DNA from: a candidate division TM6 bacterium GW2011_GWF2_28_16
GTDB lineage: Bacteria; Patescibacteriota; Microgenomatia; UBA1400; PJMF01
Direction of reading: 5' to 3'
Length of the DNA: 64,000 bases
Assembly (NCBI GenBank): GCA_001029715.1
Contig: CP011212.1
Span: 530,173 to 594,172, forward strand
A program made the position numbers and the translations under genes. The notes under the pieces were generated by a model. It was not told the DNA's origin and searched no databases. It saw only the letters and a program-made list of their open reading frames with translations. Shown piece after piece: positions 29,955 through 40,659 of the stretch. Each line of letters opens with the position of its first letter. Position 1 is the first letter of the stretch.

Positions 29955-30332
29955 ATGGCAAAATCATCTGCTGAATTCGAGAAAAGATTCATAAAAAATG
30001 CTAAAATAGCTGGTTTTTTAGTAGAAAACCCAAAACCAATTGTAGCTAATCAGGCAGTTGAAGATAGAAATGGCAAAATTAGAAAAATTAAAACTTTACC
30101 AGACTGTTTTATTATTGAACCTATAAACCGACTTTCCATGCATGTTGAAATTACCAATGGCTCTGGCAATAATAATCATAAAGCCGCACAGCAAAGAGTA
30201 GTTAAAGCAGCTGGAATTAAAAATTACATGATGTTAACTGGAAACCAAGTTGAAGAATTTTGCGAGAAAGAAACACCAGCTGATAAAAGATTGTTTCTGC
30301 TCACCATTTTTGGATGGCTAAATTTACTTTGA
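29955..30332 (+). CDS. Hypothetical protein, PD-(D/E)xK-like nuclease fold
   Basis: S.AE, TLPDCFI, HVEIT, H..QQR pattern; TTGACG/TAAGAT promoter upstream. Confidence 0.55.
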   Translation: MAKSSAEFEKRFIKNAKIAGFLVENPKPIVANQAVEDRNGKIRKIKTLPDCFIIEPINRLSMHVEITNGSGNNNHKAAQQRVVKAAGIKNYMMLTGNQVEEFCEKETPADKRLFLLTIFGWLNLL

Positions 30333-30486
30333 AATTTATAGGGCTTTGTCTAGTGAATATTTAAGCATTGACGACATCGGGATCACCCTACGGGTACTAG
30401 CCACGCGTTTCGACTTCCAAAATTTGAAAACATTCCAAGTTCGCTTGGCGGCGCGAACTAAAAAGCTTAATCACTCTTTGGGATCA

Positions 30487-30527
30487 TAAAATAAAAAATC
30501 CAGACATTAGTCTGGAATTTTTATTTT
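30487..30527. terminator. Bidirectional terminator 3' of tRNA-Asp
   Basis: AAAATAAAAAATCCAGA-CATTAG-TCTGGAATTTTTATTTT. Confidence 0.75.
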
Positions 30528-30528
30528 G

Positions 30529-30601
30529 CGACCTCGATCGGGATCGAACCGACGATCTTCTCCGTGACAGGGAGACATGTTAACCACTACACCACGAGGC
30601 C
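30529..30601 (-). tRNA. tRNA-Asp(GTC)
   Basis: Cloverleaf; TCTCC-CTGTCAC-GGAGA; G73. Confidence 0.96.
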
Positions 30602-30744
30602 GTTTCTTCTTTTAAGGTCTTTATTATAACCAATAGAAGCTCTCCTGTCAGCACTTACTTTGCTTTTTCTACGTATAGCGGAAAGAAGACAAATTTGCAT
30701 AGAAATGCTACAATAATTTTCAAATATAAATAAAAAAGGATCTT

Positions 30745-31326
30745 ATGATGATTGCATTAATTGTTATTTTAGCCGTAATCTTTTTATACGTGATTGGAAT
30801 TTATAATTCCCTCCAAACTCTCAAAACTCAAATCAAGGCTAGTATCCAAGAAATTGGCAATCAATTAAAACGCCAGGCTGGTTTAATCCCAAATCTTGAA
30901 GTAGCTGTCAAAGGTCAACTCAAGCATGAGCAGGGTATTTATAAAATGCTCACCGAAGCTCGCCAATCAGTAGCTAAGGCCGATGCCTCTGGTTCAGCCA
31001 AGGATATTGATCAAGCAGTAGCTAAAATTCAAAATTTAATTCCACAGATTCAAGTGGTTGTGGAAAGTAATCCAGAATTAAAAGCTAACGAAGCTATTAC
31101 TAAATTTATGGATGAATTGACTGATACTGCAGATAAGCTTACCTATGCTCGTCGTAGTGTGATTGATTTATCTCAGAATTTCAATGAAAAATTAGTAGTT
31201 TTCCCTTCTAACATTATTGCCAATATCTTCGGTTTCAAAGAAGAAAAAGGTATTGCTACTTCAACTACTGGAGCTCATATGGAAGTCAGCAGTGAAGAGG
31301 AAAAAAGCCCTAAAGTTAACCTCTAA
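30745..31326 (+). CDS. lemA: LemA family protein
   Basis: N-terminal TM, YNSL, QLKRQAGLIPNL, ESNPELKAN, FPSNIIA; upstream of htpX. Confidence 0.92.
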   Translation: MMIALIVILAVIFLYVIGIYNSLQTLKTQIKASIQEIGNQLKRQAGLIPNLEVAVKGQLKHEQGIYKMLTEARQSVAKADASGSAKDIDQAVAKIQNLIPQIQVVVESNPELKANEAITKFMDELTDTADKLTYARRSVIDLSQNFNEKLVVFPSNIIANIFGFKEEKGIATSTTGAHMEVSSEEEKSPKVNL

Positions 31327-31331
31327 AATCT

Positions 31332-32240
31332 ATGACTCATTATCAGTTAGTTGCAAAAAATAAGCGACGCTCTTTTCTGATAGTTTTTTTATTCATTGCT
31401 TTTATAGTCGGCGCTTCCTATGTAATGGCAAAAGGTTTTGGCTATTCTTTAGATATAGTCGCTTGGGCTTTGGTTTTCTCTGGAGTGACTTCTTTTTTCA
31501 GTTATTTTTACAGCGATAAAATTATTTTAGGTATCTCTGGTGCCAAGGAAGCTAGCAGAAAAGAATTCTTTGATTTCTACACTGTTACTGAAAATATTTG
31601 TATGGGGCAAAAAATGCCCATGCCTAAACTTTATGTCATTGAAGACAGTGCCATGAATGCTTTTGCAACTGGTCGCAATCCAAAACATGCAGTGGTTTGC
31701 GCTACTACAGGATTACTGGGCCACTTAAACCGTTCTGAAATTGAAGCGGTAGTTGCTCATGAAATAAGCCATGTTAAAAATTATGACATTTTATTAATGT
31801 CTACTGTTTCGGTTTTGGTTGGTTTAATTGCCTTATTAGCTGACTGGTTTATGAGAATGTCCTTTTGGGGCGGTAAAAAGAGAGATAGTGACAATAATCA
31901 ACTTGGAGCCATAATGGCTATCTTGGCAATAATTCTAGCTATTCTTTCACCAATCATTGCTCAATTAATTCAGCTAGCAATTTCTCGACGCCGAGAATTT
32001 TTAGCTGACGCTGGAAGTGCAGCTATTAGTAAAAATCCAGAAGGATTAATTAAGGCTCTAGAAAAAATTAGTGCTGATAAAGAACCTCTTGAATCAGCCA
32101 ACAAAGCCACCGCTCATCTTTACATCAGTAACCCACTTAAAAATACTAAAGGTGCTGTGCATGCTTTTGCCAAACTCTTTAATACTCATCCTCCAATGGA
32201 GGAAAGAATTGCCGCATTAAAACAAATGAGTATTAAATAA
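31332..32240 (+). CDS. htpX: Zinc protease HtpX (M48)
   Basis: NAFATG, HEISH, SRRREFLAD, THPPMEERI. Confidence 0.95.
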   Translation: MTHYQLVAKNKRRSFLIVFLFIAFIVGASYVMAKGFGYSLDIVAWALVFSGVTSFFSYFYSDKIILGISGAKEASRKEFFDFYTVTENICMGQKMPMPKLYVIEDSAMNAFATGRNPKHAVVCATTGLLGHLNRSEIEAVVAHEISHVKNYDILLMSTVSVLVGLIALLADWFMRMSFWGGKKRDSDNNQLGAIMAILAIILAILSPIIAQLIQLAISRRREFLADAGSAAISKNPEGLIKALEKISADKEPLESANKATAHLYISNPLKNTKGAVHAFAKLFNTHPPMEERIAALKQMSIK

Positions 32241-32269
32241 CCAGAGGAAATGTGGTAAACTAAGCAACG

Positions 32270-32575
32270 ATGTCAGTTAATAACACACAAGTTAAACACA
32301 TTGCCCAATTAGCCAATATTCCCGTTACAGAAGAAGAAAGCATCGACTTAGCTGATGATTTCACAGAAACCCTAAAAATTGTTGATCAGCTCAAAAAAGC
32401 AGAAGTCAAAAAAACCGAGATTACTCATCAAGTAACTGGTTTTAAAAACGTTTTCCGCGAAGATATTGTTAAAGAAGAACAGAGTTTTACCCAAGAAGAA
32501 GCTTTAGCTAATGCCAAAGCTACTTATAAAGGTTATTTTGTTGTACCTTACATTTTACAAAACAAGGATAATTAG
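32270..32575 (+). CDS. gatC: Amidotransferase subunit C
   Basis: VKHIAQLA, FRED, ALANA, GYFVVP. Confidence 0.92.
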   Translation: MSVNNTQVKHIAQLANIPVTEEESIDLADDFTETLKIVDQLKKAEVKKTEITHQVTGFKNVFREDIVKEEQSFTQEEALANAKATYKGYFVVPYILQNKDN

Positions 32576-32577
32576 CG

Positions 32578-33960
32578 ATGAAATTAAATGAACTAACGCT
32601 CAAAGAGAGCATTGATGCTTTAGATAAAAAAGAGATTACTCTTGAAGAAATTTATAAAGATCTGGATCAAGCCTGCCAAGCTAAAAACGAAAAACTAAAT
32701 ATTTATTTAAGTATCAACTCAAAAGCTCTTATAGAAGCTAAAAAAGCTAGCAAAAAACCACTTCGTGGCTTACCAATCGCTGTTAAAGATAATTTCTGTA
32801 CCAAAGGTATAGTAACTACAGCTTCTTCCAAAGTACTTGATGGTTTCATACCTCAATATGAATCCACTGTTACTGAAAGATTAAAGGCTAGCGGTGGTGT
32901 CATTTATGGCAAAACCAATATGGACGCTTGGGCTCATGGTTCTTCCACTGAAACCAGCGATTATGGTCGAACCCTCAATCCTCGAAATTCTGATCATTTA
33001 CCAGGTGGATCTTCTGGCGGTAGCGCAGCTGCCATCGCTGCAGATTTTGCTGTAGCGGCCATTGGTAGTGAAACTGCTGGCTCTATCAGACAGCCAGCCG
33101 CTTGGTGTGGAGCTGTTGGTTTCAAACCAACTTATGGCAGAGTCAGTCGCTTTGGCGTCATCGCCATGGCTTCATCTACTGATAGCCCAGGACCAATTGC
33201 TAAAACTGTTGAAGACGCTTGTATTTTACTCAATGCTTTTGCTGGCCCAGATGAAAAAGATGGCACTAGTAATAAAGAAAAGGCTCCAGATTTTACTAGT
33301 TTTCTTGATCAAAGCATCAAGGGTATGAAAATTGGTGTTATCTACCAAGACGTTAAAGAAATCAAAGAAACTAACCAAAAATTACTCAAGGAATTAGAGA
33401 TTCTCAAAGAACTCGGTGCTACGGTCGAACTCGTTCAAGCCATGGATCCTCATCAAGCAATTGGTGTTTACACAGTGGTGCAGAGAGCTGAAGTAAGCAG
33501 TAATTTGGCTCGTTATGACGGTATTCGCTATGGCGGAGATCGCTCTAATTTTGGCGATGAAGCCAAGAGACGTATTATGCTTGGCACTTTTACTTTGACC
33601 AAAGGCTATGCAGATCGTTATTACAATTTAGCTCAAAAAGTTCGCACTCTTTATCTTAATGACTATAAAGAATTATTCAAAAAATACGACGTTCTGGTTT
33701 CTCCAACTTCGCCATCTTTTGCCAAAGAAGTCGGTGCTTCTTTTAGTTCACCAATGTTTGGAGAATTAGAAGATATGTTGCTTGAAGCTAGCTCAATCAC
33801 TGGATTACCAGGAATTAATGTGCCTTTTTATCGTGACGAAAAAACCAATCTTTACCTCGGTGCAAATTTTATTGCTCCAATGTGGAGAGAAGATTTAGTG
33901 ATCAAAGTCGCTGACGCTTTCGAAAAAAACACTAAATGGAATTCATGGAGAAATAAATAA
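32578..33960 (+). CDS. gatA: Amidotransferase subunit A
   Basis: KDN, GGSSGGSAAA, GSIRQPA, SSNLARYDG, RRIMLG. Confidence 0.96.
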   Translation: MKLNELTLKESIDALDKKEITLEEIYKDLDQACQAKNEKLNIYLSINSKALIEAKKASKKPLRGLPIAVKDNFCTKGIVTTASSKVLDGFIPQYESTVTERLKASGGVIYGKTNMDAWAHGSSTETSDYGRTLNPRNSDHLPGGSSGGSAAAIAADFAVAAIGSETAGSIRQPAAWCGAVGFKPTYGRVSRFGVIAMASSTDSPGPIAKTVEDACILLNAFAGPDEKDGTSNKEKAPDFTSFLDQSIKGMKIGVIYQDVKEIKETNQKLLKELEILKELGATVELVQAMDPHQAIGVYTVVQRAEVSSNLARYDGIRYGGDRSNFGDEAKRRIMLGTFTLTKGYADRYYNLAQKVRTLYLNDYKELFKKYDVLVSPTSPSFAKEVGASFSSPMFGELEDMLLEASSITGLPGINVPFYRDEKTNLYLGANFIAPMWREDLVIKVADAFEKNTKWNSWRNK

Positions 33961-35300
33961 TGCCATACAAACTCGTTTGTGGACTAGAGGTTCACGCTGA
34001 ACTAAAAACCAAATCTAAAATGTTTTGTTCTTGTAAGAATGATCCTTTTGGTGCTCCAAAACCAAATCTTTATACTTGTCCTGTTTGTCTTGGTATGCCT
34101 GGCGCACTACCAGTTGCTAATCGCAAAGCCATCGAATGGACTATCAAATTAGGCTTGGCACTACACTGCCAAATTAATCTTTTTTCTAAATTCGATCGTA
34201 AAAACTATTTCTACGCAGATTTACCAAAAGGCTATCAAATTAGCCAGTATGACATTCCTTTCTGTCATGACGGTTATCTCGACACTAGTGAGGGAAGAGT
34301 TGGCATTCATCGCATTCATTTAGAAGAAGACACTGCTAAACTTTCTCATCAAGAAATTGATTTTGATGGCGACGGAGAGTTAGATAAGGTCACTCTAATT
34401 GATTTTAATCGCAGTAGTGTTCCTCTTGTGGAAATTGTGACTGAGCCAGATATTATTTCGGCTACTCAAGCCAAAGAATACGGTCAGAAATTGCGTCAGA
34501 TCATGCGCTATTTAGATATCGCTAATTGCGATATGGAAAAAGGTGGCATGCGTCTGGAAGCCAATATTTCTTTGCGCAGAGAAGGTAAAAATGAATTGCC
34601 AGATTATAAAGTTGAATGTAAAAATATTAATTCTTTTAAATTTTTAGAAGCGGCTATTAATTTTGAAGTTGATCGCCAAACTACTATTTTACAAAATGGC
34701 GAACAGCCAATCCAAGAAACTCGTGGTTATAATTCAACTACTGGCAAAACTTTTTCACAACGCAGTAAGGAAGACGCCGCTGATTACAGATATTTCCCAG
34801 ATCCAGATCTTCCACCTATTGAATTTACTACTGAAGAAATTGAAACAATTCGCAGTGAAATTCCAGAATTACCAGCAGAAAAAACTACTCGTTTTATGAG
34901 TGAATATAATCTCAATGAAAAAAGTGCTAAAAATCTAGCTATTAATATGGAACAGGCTCTTTTCTTTGAAAAAATTCTTAAAGAGGCTAAAAAAGAAAAT
35001 CTCGATCCTCAAAAATTAATTAATAATTTGCTTAACGGAAAAATTAAATTTAGTTTCGACGAGAAAATTAGTGTTATCATTGCTAAATTCAAAGCCATCA
35101 GCAGTAATGAAAACATTGATGAAAAAGAGCTTCAACTAGCCATTGATAAAGTTCTGAACGCAGAGAAAGATGCCGTAGCTAAATATAAAGCCGGCAAAAC
35201 TGTTGTTACTGGATTTTTAATTGGTTGCGTAATGAAAGAACTGGGTAAAAAAGCAGATGTTATTCAGGTCAAACAACAATTAATTGCTACTCTCAGTTAA
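33960..35300 (+). CDS. gatB: Amidotransferase subunit B
   Basis: GLEVH, CPVCLGMPGALP, RKNYFY.DLPKGYQISQ, DYRYFPDPDL. Confidence 0.97.
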   Translation: MPYKLVCGLEVHAELKTKSKMFCSCKNDPFGAPKPNLYTCPVCLGMPGALPVANRKAIEWTIKLGLALHCQINLFSKFDRKNYFYADLPKGYQISQYDIPFCHDGYLDTSEGRVGIHRIHLEEDTAKLSHQEIDFDGDGELDKVTLIDFNRSSVPLVEIVTEPDIISATQAKEYGQKLRQIMRYLDIANCDMEKGGMRLEANISLRREGKNELPDYKVECKNINSFKFLEAAINFEVDRQTTILQNGEQPIQETRGYNSTTGKTFSQRSKEDAADYRYFPDPDLPPIEFTTEEIETIRSEIPELPAEKTTRFMSEYNLNEKSAKNLAINMEQALFFEKILKEAKKENLDPQKLINNLLNGKIKFSFDEKISVIIAKFKAISSNENIDEKELQLAIDKVLNAEKDAVAKYKAGKTVVTGFLIGCVMKELGKKADVIQVKQQLIATLS

Positions 35301-35371
35301 CAATTTTACAAATCCCCTCATTAATGCTAGACTTTTCCAGAGGTTAGTTATTTGTTTTTTCTTAAATTTAT

Positions 35372-38300
35372 ATGCCTAAGCAAGATTTTGTTCACCTGCA
35401 TGTTCACACTGAATATTCAATGTTGGATGGTTTGACGAAGGTTGTTGATCTAGTTAAAAAAGTCAAAAGCCTTGATCAATCAGCCGTTGCCATTACCGAT
35501 CACGGCAATATGCATGGCAATATTTCTTTTTATAATGAGTGTAAGAAAGAAGGCATCAAGCCTATCATTGGCACTGAGATCTATTTAGCTAAAAACTCCC
35601 GCTTTGACAAACAGATTCGCATGGGAAGTGATCAGTTCCATTTGACTTTGTTAGCCCAAAATTACATTGGTTATAAAAATTTGATGAAAATGGTGACCAT
35701 CGCTAACTTTGAAGGTTTTTCATACAAGCCTCGTATCGATGATGAAATTTTGGAAAAATATAGTGAAGGAATTATTTTACTAAGTGGCTGCATGAGTAGC
35801 CAAACTAGCCGATTACTCATGGAGGGTAAAGAAGAAAAAGCTTTAGAAATATTTAAAAAATATAAAAAAATCTTTAAAGATCGTTTCTATGTTGAAATTC
35901 AAAATGCTCCCCACATTGAAGAAAGTAAACCCCTACGTGAGAAGCTGATCCAGGTTGCCCGCCAATTAGATCTTCCACTGGTTGCTACCAATGACTCCCA
36001 TTATTTAGAAAAAGAAGATGCTGAGGCTCAGGATGCTCTTCTATGTGTCCAAACTCGCAAGCTAATTGCTGATGAAAAAAGAATGAAAATGGTTGATAAA
36101 CCAGACTTTTATCTCAAATCAACCGAGGAAATGATCGAGCTCTTCTCTGATGTTCCAGAGGCAATAGAAAATACCATTAAAATTGCAGAAGGCTGTAATT
36201 TCGAAATTCCAACTGGAAACTTAATTTTTCCAAGTTACGAATTGCCAAAAGGAGAAACTTACGAAACCTATTTATATAAATTAAGTTTTGAAGGAGCCAA
36301 GAAAAAATACGGCAAAATTACTCCAGAAATTAAAAAAAGACTTGAATACGAGATTGGCATTATTAATGACAAAGGTTATCCTGCTTACTTTTTAATCACT
36401 CAAGATTTTGTTAACTGGGCCAAAGATCAGGGTATTGCTGTTGGACCGGGTAGAGGAAGTGCTGCGGGATCAATTGTTTCCTATTCACTTAATATCACTA
36501 CTCTTGATCCTTTAGAGCACGGCTTACCTTTTGAACGATTTCTTAATCCAGAACGTCCCACACCTCCTGACGTTGATATTGATTTTGCTGATATTAAACG
36601 TGATGAAGTTATCAATTATGTAGCTAAAAAATACGGTGAGGATCACGTAGCAGCTGTCATTACTTTTGGAAGAATGGAAGCTAGAGTAGCGGTGCGCGAT
36701 ATTGGTCGCGTTTTGGGTATGTCTTATGAAGATCCTGATCGCGTAGCTAAATTAATTCCTAACGAACCAGGTAAAAAAGTTTCTATTAAATCAGCCATTG
36801 AAACCATCCCAGAACTAGCTAGCTTATATAAACAAGATAAATTTAAACGCTTGCTTGATCTCGCTTCTAAAGTTGAGGGCACTATTAGACATTCTGGGAT
36901 GCATGCTTGTGCCATTATTATTGCTGATAAACCTCTAGATAATTACACACCAATTCAAAAAGATTCTCGCTCAGGTAAAACTTTGACTCAATTGGACATG
37001 TATTCAATGGACTGCAATATTGATGACAATGCCATTGGTTTACTTAAATTCGATTTTCTTGGATTGCGTAATTTATCCATTATCCAGGAAGCTCTTAAGC
37101 TGATTAAAAAATATAAAAATGAAGATATTGAAATTGATAAGATCCCTACCGACGATAAAAAAACTTTTGATCTTTTGGCCTCCGGTGAAACCACTGGCGT
37201 TTTTCAGCTTGAATCAGCCGGCATGCGACGTGTAGCTAAATCACTTAAACCTAGTGTTTTTTCAGATATTACTGCTATGGTGGCCCTTTATCGTCCAGGT
37301 CCAATGGATCTTATTCCTCGTTTTATTGAAGGCAAACATAATCCAGAATCAATTGAATATCCTCATGATTCTCTCAAACCATTTCTAGAACAAACTTACG
37401 GCATCATGGTTTACCAAGAGCAGATTTTGGAAATTGTTCACTTTATGGCTGGCTATAGTTTGGGTGAAGCCGACATGCTTCGTCGCGCCATTGGTAAAAA
37501 GAAAAAGAAAATTCTTGATAAAAACAAAAGCCGTTTCATCAAACAATCAGTGGAAAAAGGCTATAAAAAAGAAACTGTTGAAAAGATTTGGGGCTTTATT
37601 GAAGCCTTTGCTAACTACGGATTCAATAAAGCCCACGCAGCTTCTTATGCCATGATTGCCTACGAAACTGCTTGGCTTAAAGCCAATTTTCCGGTTGAAT
37701 ACATGACCTCACTGATGAGTGTTGAATCAAATTCTCACTCGATGAATCGTGATGAAAAGATTGCCGTCGCCATTGAAAATTGTCGCAAAATGGGTATTAA
37801 AATTCTCGCTCCAGACATCAATCTTTCTGGCCAAGACTTTACCATTGAAGAAGATAAAACCTCCAAAGAAAACATGGCCATTCGCTTTGGTTTGACTGCC
37901 ATTAAACATGTTGGTAAAGCCGCTATTGAGAACATTCTTGAAACAAGGAAAAAAGAAAATAAATTTACTTCTTTTACTCATTTTATTCAAGCTACTGATA
38001 GTCGCAAGGTTAATAAAACTACTCTGGAATGTTTAATCAAAGTCGGAGCCATGGATCGCTTTGCTACTAGAGCTTCAATGCTAGAAAATCTTGAAAGTAT
38101 CCGCCAAACCGCTGGTCAATTTCAATCAGAGATAGATGGCCAAGATCATCTCTTTGCTGATGTGGGCGAAAAAAGCACTGAAGTTAAGGATAGCTTTCTT
38201 AAACTTAAAGAATATCCAGAGGCTGAACTACTATCTTTTGAAAAAGAATTGTTGGGTCTATATCTAACTGATCACCCTTTAGCTGATGCTCTCAATTTGG

Positions 38301-38830
38301 TTAACAAGAGAGCTAATATGAGAATTGGCGAGCTTGATCCAGAATTTAGCCAAGACCAAGTCTTTCTTTTTGGTGGACTTCTTAGTCGTTTCAAAGAAAT
38401 TACCACTAAAAAAGGTCAAAAAATGGCTTTTGCCACTCTAGAAGATCAAACTGGTAAAGCTGAACTAATTATTTTTCCACGAACCTACGGAGAACTGGGC
38501 TTTCAGCTAGAACAAGATCAAGTGGTTTTAGTGAGAGGTAAAGTTCAACATGAGGAAGAGGAGTTTAAAATCATCGCCGAAAAAATCGTCATTCCTAAAG
38601 ATGAAGATGTTGAATTTTCCAAAGATCATGATTATAAAGAAATTTTTGTACCACGCAAAACTTCGCCAGAGACTCTCAAAGAACTCGGTGCGCTTCTCAA
38701 AGCCAACCTAGGCGATGAAAAAGTGGTGATTATTATTCCAAACGGTGCCAATCCAGAACGAATAGTTTTACCATACAAAGTCAATTATAATGATGAGCTA
38801 GTCATAAAAATTGCAAAAATCTTGACTTAA
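35372..38830 (+). CDS. dnaE: DNA polymerase III alpha subunit
   Basis: PHP HLHVHTEYS, GPGRGSAAGS, PDVDID, YGFNKAH. Confidence 0.98.
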   Translation: MPKQDFVHLHVHTEYSMLDGLTKVVDLVKKVKSLDQSAVAITDHGNMHGNISFYNECKKEGIKPIIGTEIYLAKNSRFDKQIRMGSDQFHLTLLAQNYIGYKNLMKMVTIANFEGFSYKPRIDDEILEKYSEGIILLSGCMSSQTSRLLMEGKEEKALEIFKKYKKIFKDRFYVEIQNAPHIEESKPLREKLIQVARQLDLPLVATNDSHYLEKEDAEAQDALLCVQTRKLIADEKRMKMVDKPDFYLKSTEEMIELFSDVPEAIENTIKIAEGCNFEIPTGNLIFPSYELPKGETYETYLYKLSFEGAKKKYGKITPEIKKRLEYEIGIINDKGYPAYFLITQDFVNWAKDQGIAVGPGRGSAAGSIVSYSLNITTLDPLEHGLPFERFLNPERPTPPDVDIDFADIKRDEVINYVAKKYGEDHVAAVITFGRMEARVAVRDIGRVLGMSYEDPDRVAKLIPNEPGKKVSIKSAIETIPELASLYKQDKFKRLLDLASKVEGTIRHSGMHACAIIIADKPLDNYTPIQKDSRSGKTLTQLDMYSMDCNIDDNAIGLLKFDFLGLRNLSIIQEALKLIKKYKNEDIEIDKIPTDDKKTFDLLASGETTGVFQLESAGMRRVAKSLKPSVFSDITAMVALYRPGPMDLIPRFIEGKHNPESIEYPHDSLKPFLEQTYGIMVYQEQILEIVHFMAGYSLGEADMLRRAIGKKKKKILDKNKSRFIKQSVEKGYKKETVEKIWGFIEAFANYGFNKAHAASYAMIAYETAWLKANFPVEYMTSLMSVESNSHSMNRDEKIAVAIENCRKMGIKILAPDINLSGQDFTIEEDKTSKENMAIRFGLTAIKHVGKAAIENILETRKKENKFTSFTHFIQATDSRKVNKTTLECLIKVGAMDRFATRASMLENLESIRQTAGQFQSEIDGQDHLFADVGEKSTEVKDSFLKLKEYPEAELLSFEKELLGLYLTDHPLADALNLVNKRANMRIGELDPEFSQDQVFLFGGLLSRFKEITTKKGQKMAFATLEDQTGKAELIIFPRTYGELGFQLEQDQVVLVRGKVQHEEEEFKIIAEKIVIPKDEDVEFSKDHDYKEIFVPRKTSPETLKELGALLKANLGDEKVVIIIPNGANPERIVLPYKVNYNDELVIKIAKILT

Positions 38831-38834
38831 AAAT

Positions 38835-39689
38835 ATGCCTGCCAATTATCAATCTATCAGTAAAACCGCCTGGCAAATTCGTCGCGATTTAATCGAGATG
38901 ATCTATCAGGCTCAAAGTGGTCATCCGGCTGGATCTCTTGGCATGGCAGATATCTTTACAGCTCTTTTTATTGGTAAAATTCTACGCCATGATTCAAAAA
39001 GACCTGAATGGAATAAGCGCGATTATTTTTTTCTTAGTAATGGTCACATCAGTCCAGTTTTTTATGCCACTTTATCTAAAGATGGCTATTTCCCAGAGGA
39101 AGAACTTAAAACTTTTCGCCATATTAACTCTCGTCTACAAGGTCATCCACATTTTACTTTTGATCAAAAGAAAAAACTTCCTGGAATAGAGAATACTTCT
39201 GGTCCGCTTGGACAAGGTCTTTCACAGGCAGCTGGCATGGCCATTGCTTTAGAAATGGATGGCAAAAAAAATAAAGTTTTTTGTATGATGAGTGACGGCG
39301 AACAGCAAGAAGGCCAAATTTGGGAAGCCTATCAATTTATCATCCATCACCATTTAAATAATTTAATTGGCATTATTGATTTTAATAATATTCAAATTTC
39401 CGGCTCAATTAAAGAAACGCTATCTCTTGGAAATTTAAAATTAAAATTAATGAGTTTTGGTTTTAAAGTTTTAGAAATGGACGCTCATGACTTTGCCGAC
39501 ATTTTTGCCAAATTTGAACTAGCCAAAAAAGAAAATAAACAGCCAGTCATTATTATTGCCAAAAGCATTCCTGGCAAAGGCGTTTCATTCATGGAAAAAG
39601 ATTATAAATGGCATGGCAAAGCTCCAAGCGAAAGCGAGTATCAACAGGCCATTAAAGAATTAGCGATTAAGGAAAAATATTGTGGATAA
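38835..39689 (+). CDS. Transketolase, N-terminal (TPP-binding) subunit
   Basis: SGHPAGS, LSNGH, LQGHP, SDGEQQEG, WHGKAP. Confidence 0.93.
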   Translation: MPANYQSISKTAWQIRRDLIEMIYQAQSGHPAGSLGMADIFTALFIGKILRHDSKRPEWNKRDYFFLSNGHISPVFYATLSKDGYFPEEELKTFRHINSRLQGHPHFTFDQKKKLPGIENTSGPLGQGLSQAAGMAIALEMDGKKNKVFCMMSDGEQQEGQIWEAYQFIIHHHLNNLIGIIDFNNIQISGSIKETLSLGNLKLKLMSFGFKVLEMDAHDFADIFAKFELAKKENKQPVIIIAKSIPGKGVSFMEKDYKWHGKAPSESEYQQAIKELAIKEKYCG

Positions 39690-40659
39690 ACAAGAATTAA
39701 AAGCTACTAGAGATGGTTTTGGAAACGCCATACTTGAACTTGGTCAAGAAAATGATCAGATAGTAGTGCTGTGCGCCGATTTAAATGAATCTCTGAGACT
39801 TGATAAATTCAAAGAATTCTTTCCCAATCGTTTTATCGAATGTGGTGTCGCTGAACAAAATATGATGAGCGTCGGTGCGGGCTTAGCTTTGGCTGGAAAA
39901 ATTCCTTTTATTGCTAGTTTTGCCGTTTTTAATCCTGGACGTAATTTAGACCAGCTTAGAGTAGCCGTTTATAGCGGTCTAAATATTAAAGTCATTGGCG
40001 GTCATGCTGGAATTAGTACTGGTGAAGATGGCGCCACCCATCAGGCTTTAGAAGATTTAGGCATTGTTTGTTCGCTACCAAAGATGATAGTCGTCGTTCC
40101 TGCTGACAGTAAACAGGCTGAAATCTTAACTAAAGAAATTGCTACTCAAAATGGTCCTTGCTACTTAAGACTTGGTAGAAAAAAACTTGAATCAATTGAT
40201 GACTTCATCAAATCTCCTAAAACTGAGCTTGGCAAAGCGCAAGTTTTAAAAGAGGGTAAAGATTTGAGTATTTTTGCTTGCGGATTAATGGTCCAGGAAG
40301 CTCTTAAAGCTAGTATTGAATTAGAAAAGCTTGGCTTGTCTGTAGAAGTAATTAATTTGCACACTCTCAAACCGCTTGATGAAGAAGCTATTATAAAAAG
40401 TGTTAATAAAACTGGTGCGGCAATTATCGCTGCTGAACATGAAATTTCTTCTGGCTTAGATAGCTTAGTGATTCAAACAATTGTGAAAGCTCAGGGAGAT
40501 TCTTTGAATAAAGTCATTGCCATAGAAAGTCTTGGCACAGAAACTTTTGGCGAATCCGGCAAAGATGAAGAGCTACTCAAAAAATATGGCTTAGATTGTT
40601 TGGGAATTTGTAAAAAAGCAAAATCAGTAATGATCAAGAAAAAGAAATTAAATTCATGA
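39682..40659 (+). CDS. Transketolase, C-terminal subunit
   Basis: GVAEQNM, GEDGATHQ, KPLD, FGESG. Confidence 0.93.
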   Translation: MDKQELKATRDGFGNAILELGQENDQIVVLCADLNESLRLDKFKEFFPNRFIECGVAEQNMMSVGAGLALAGKIPFIASFAVFNPGRNLDQLRVAVYSGLNIKVIGGHAGISTGEDGATHQALEDLGIVCSLPKMIVVVPADSKQAEILTKEIATQNGPCYLRLGRKKLESIDDFIKSPKTELGKAQVLKEGKDLSIFACGLMVQEALKASIELEKLGLSVEVINLHTLKPLDEEAIIKSVNKTGAAIIAAEHEISSGLDSLVIQTIVKAQGDSLNKVIAIESLGTETFGESGKDEELLKKYGLDCLGICKKAKSVMIKKKKLNS

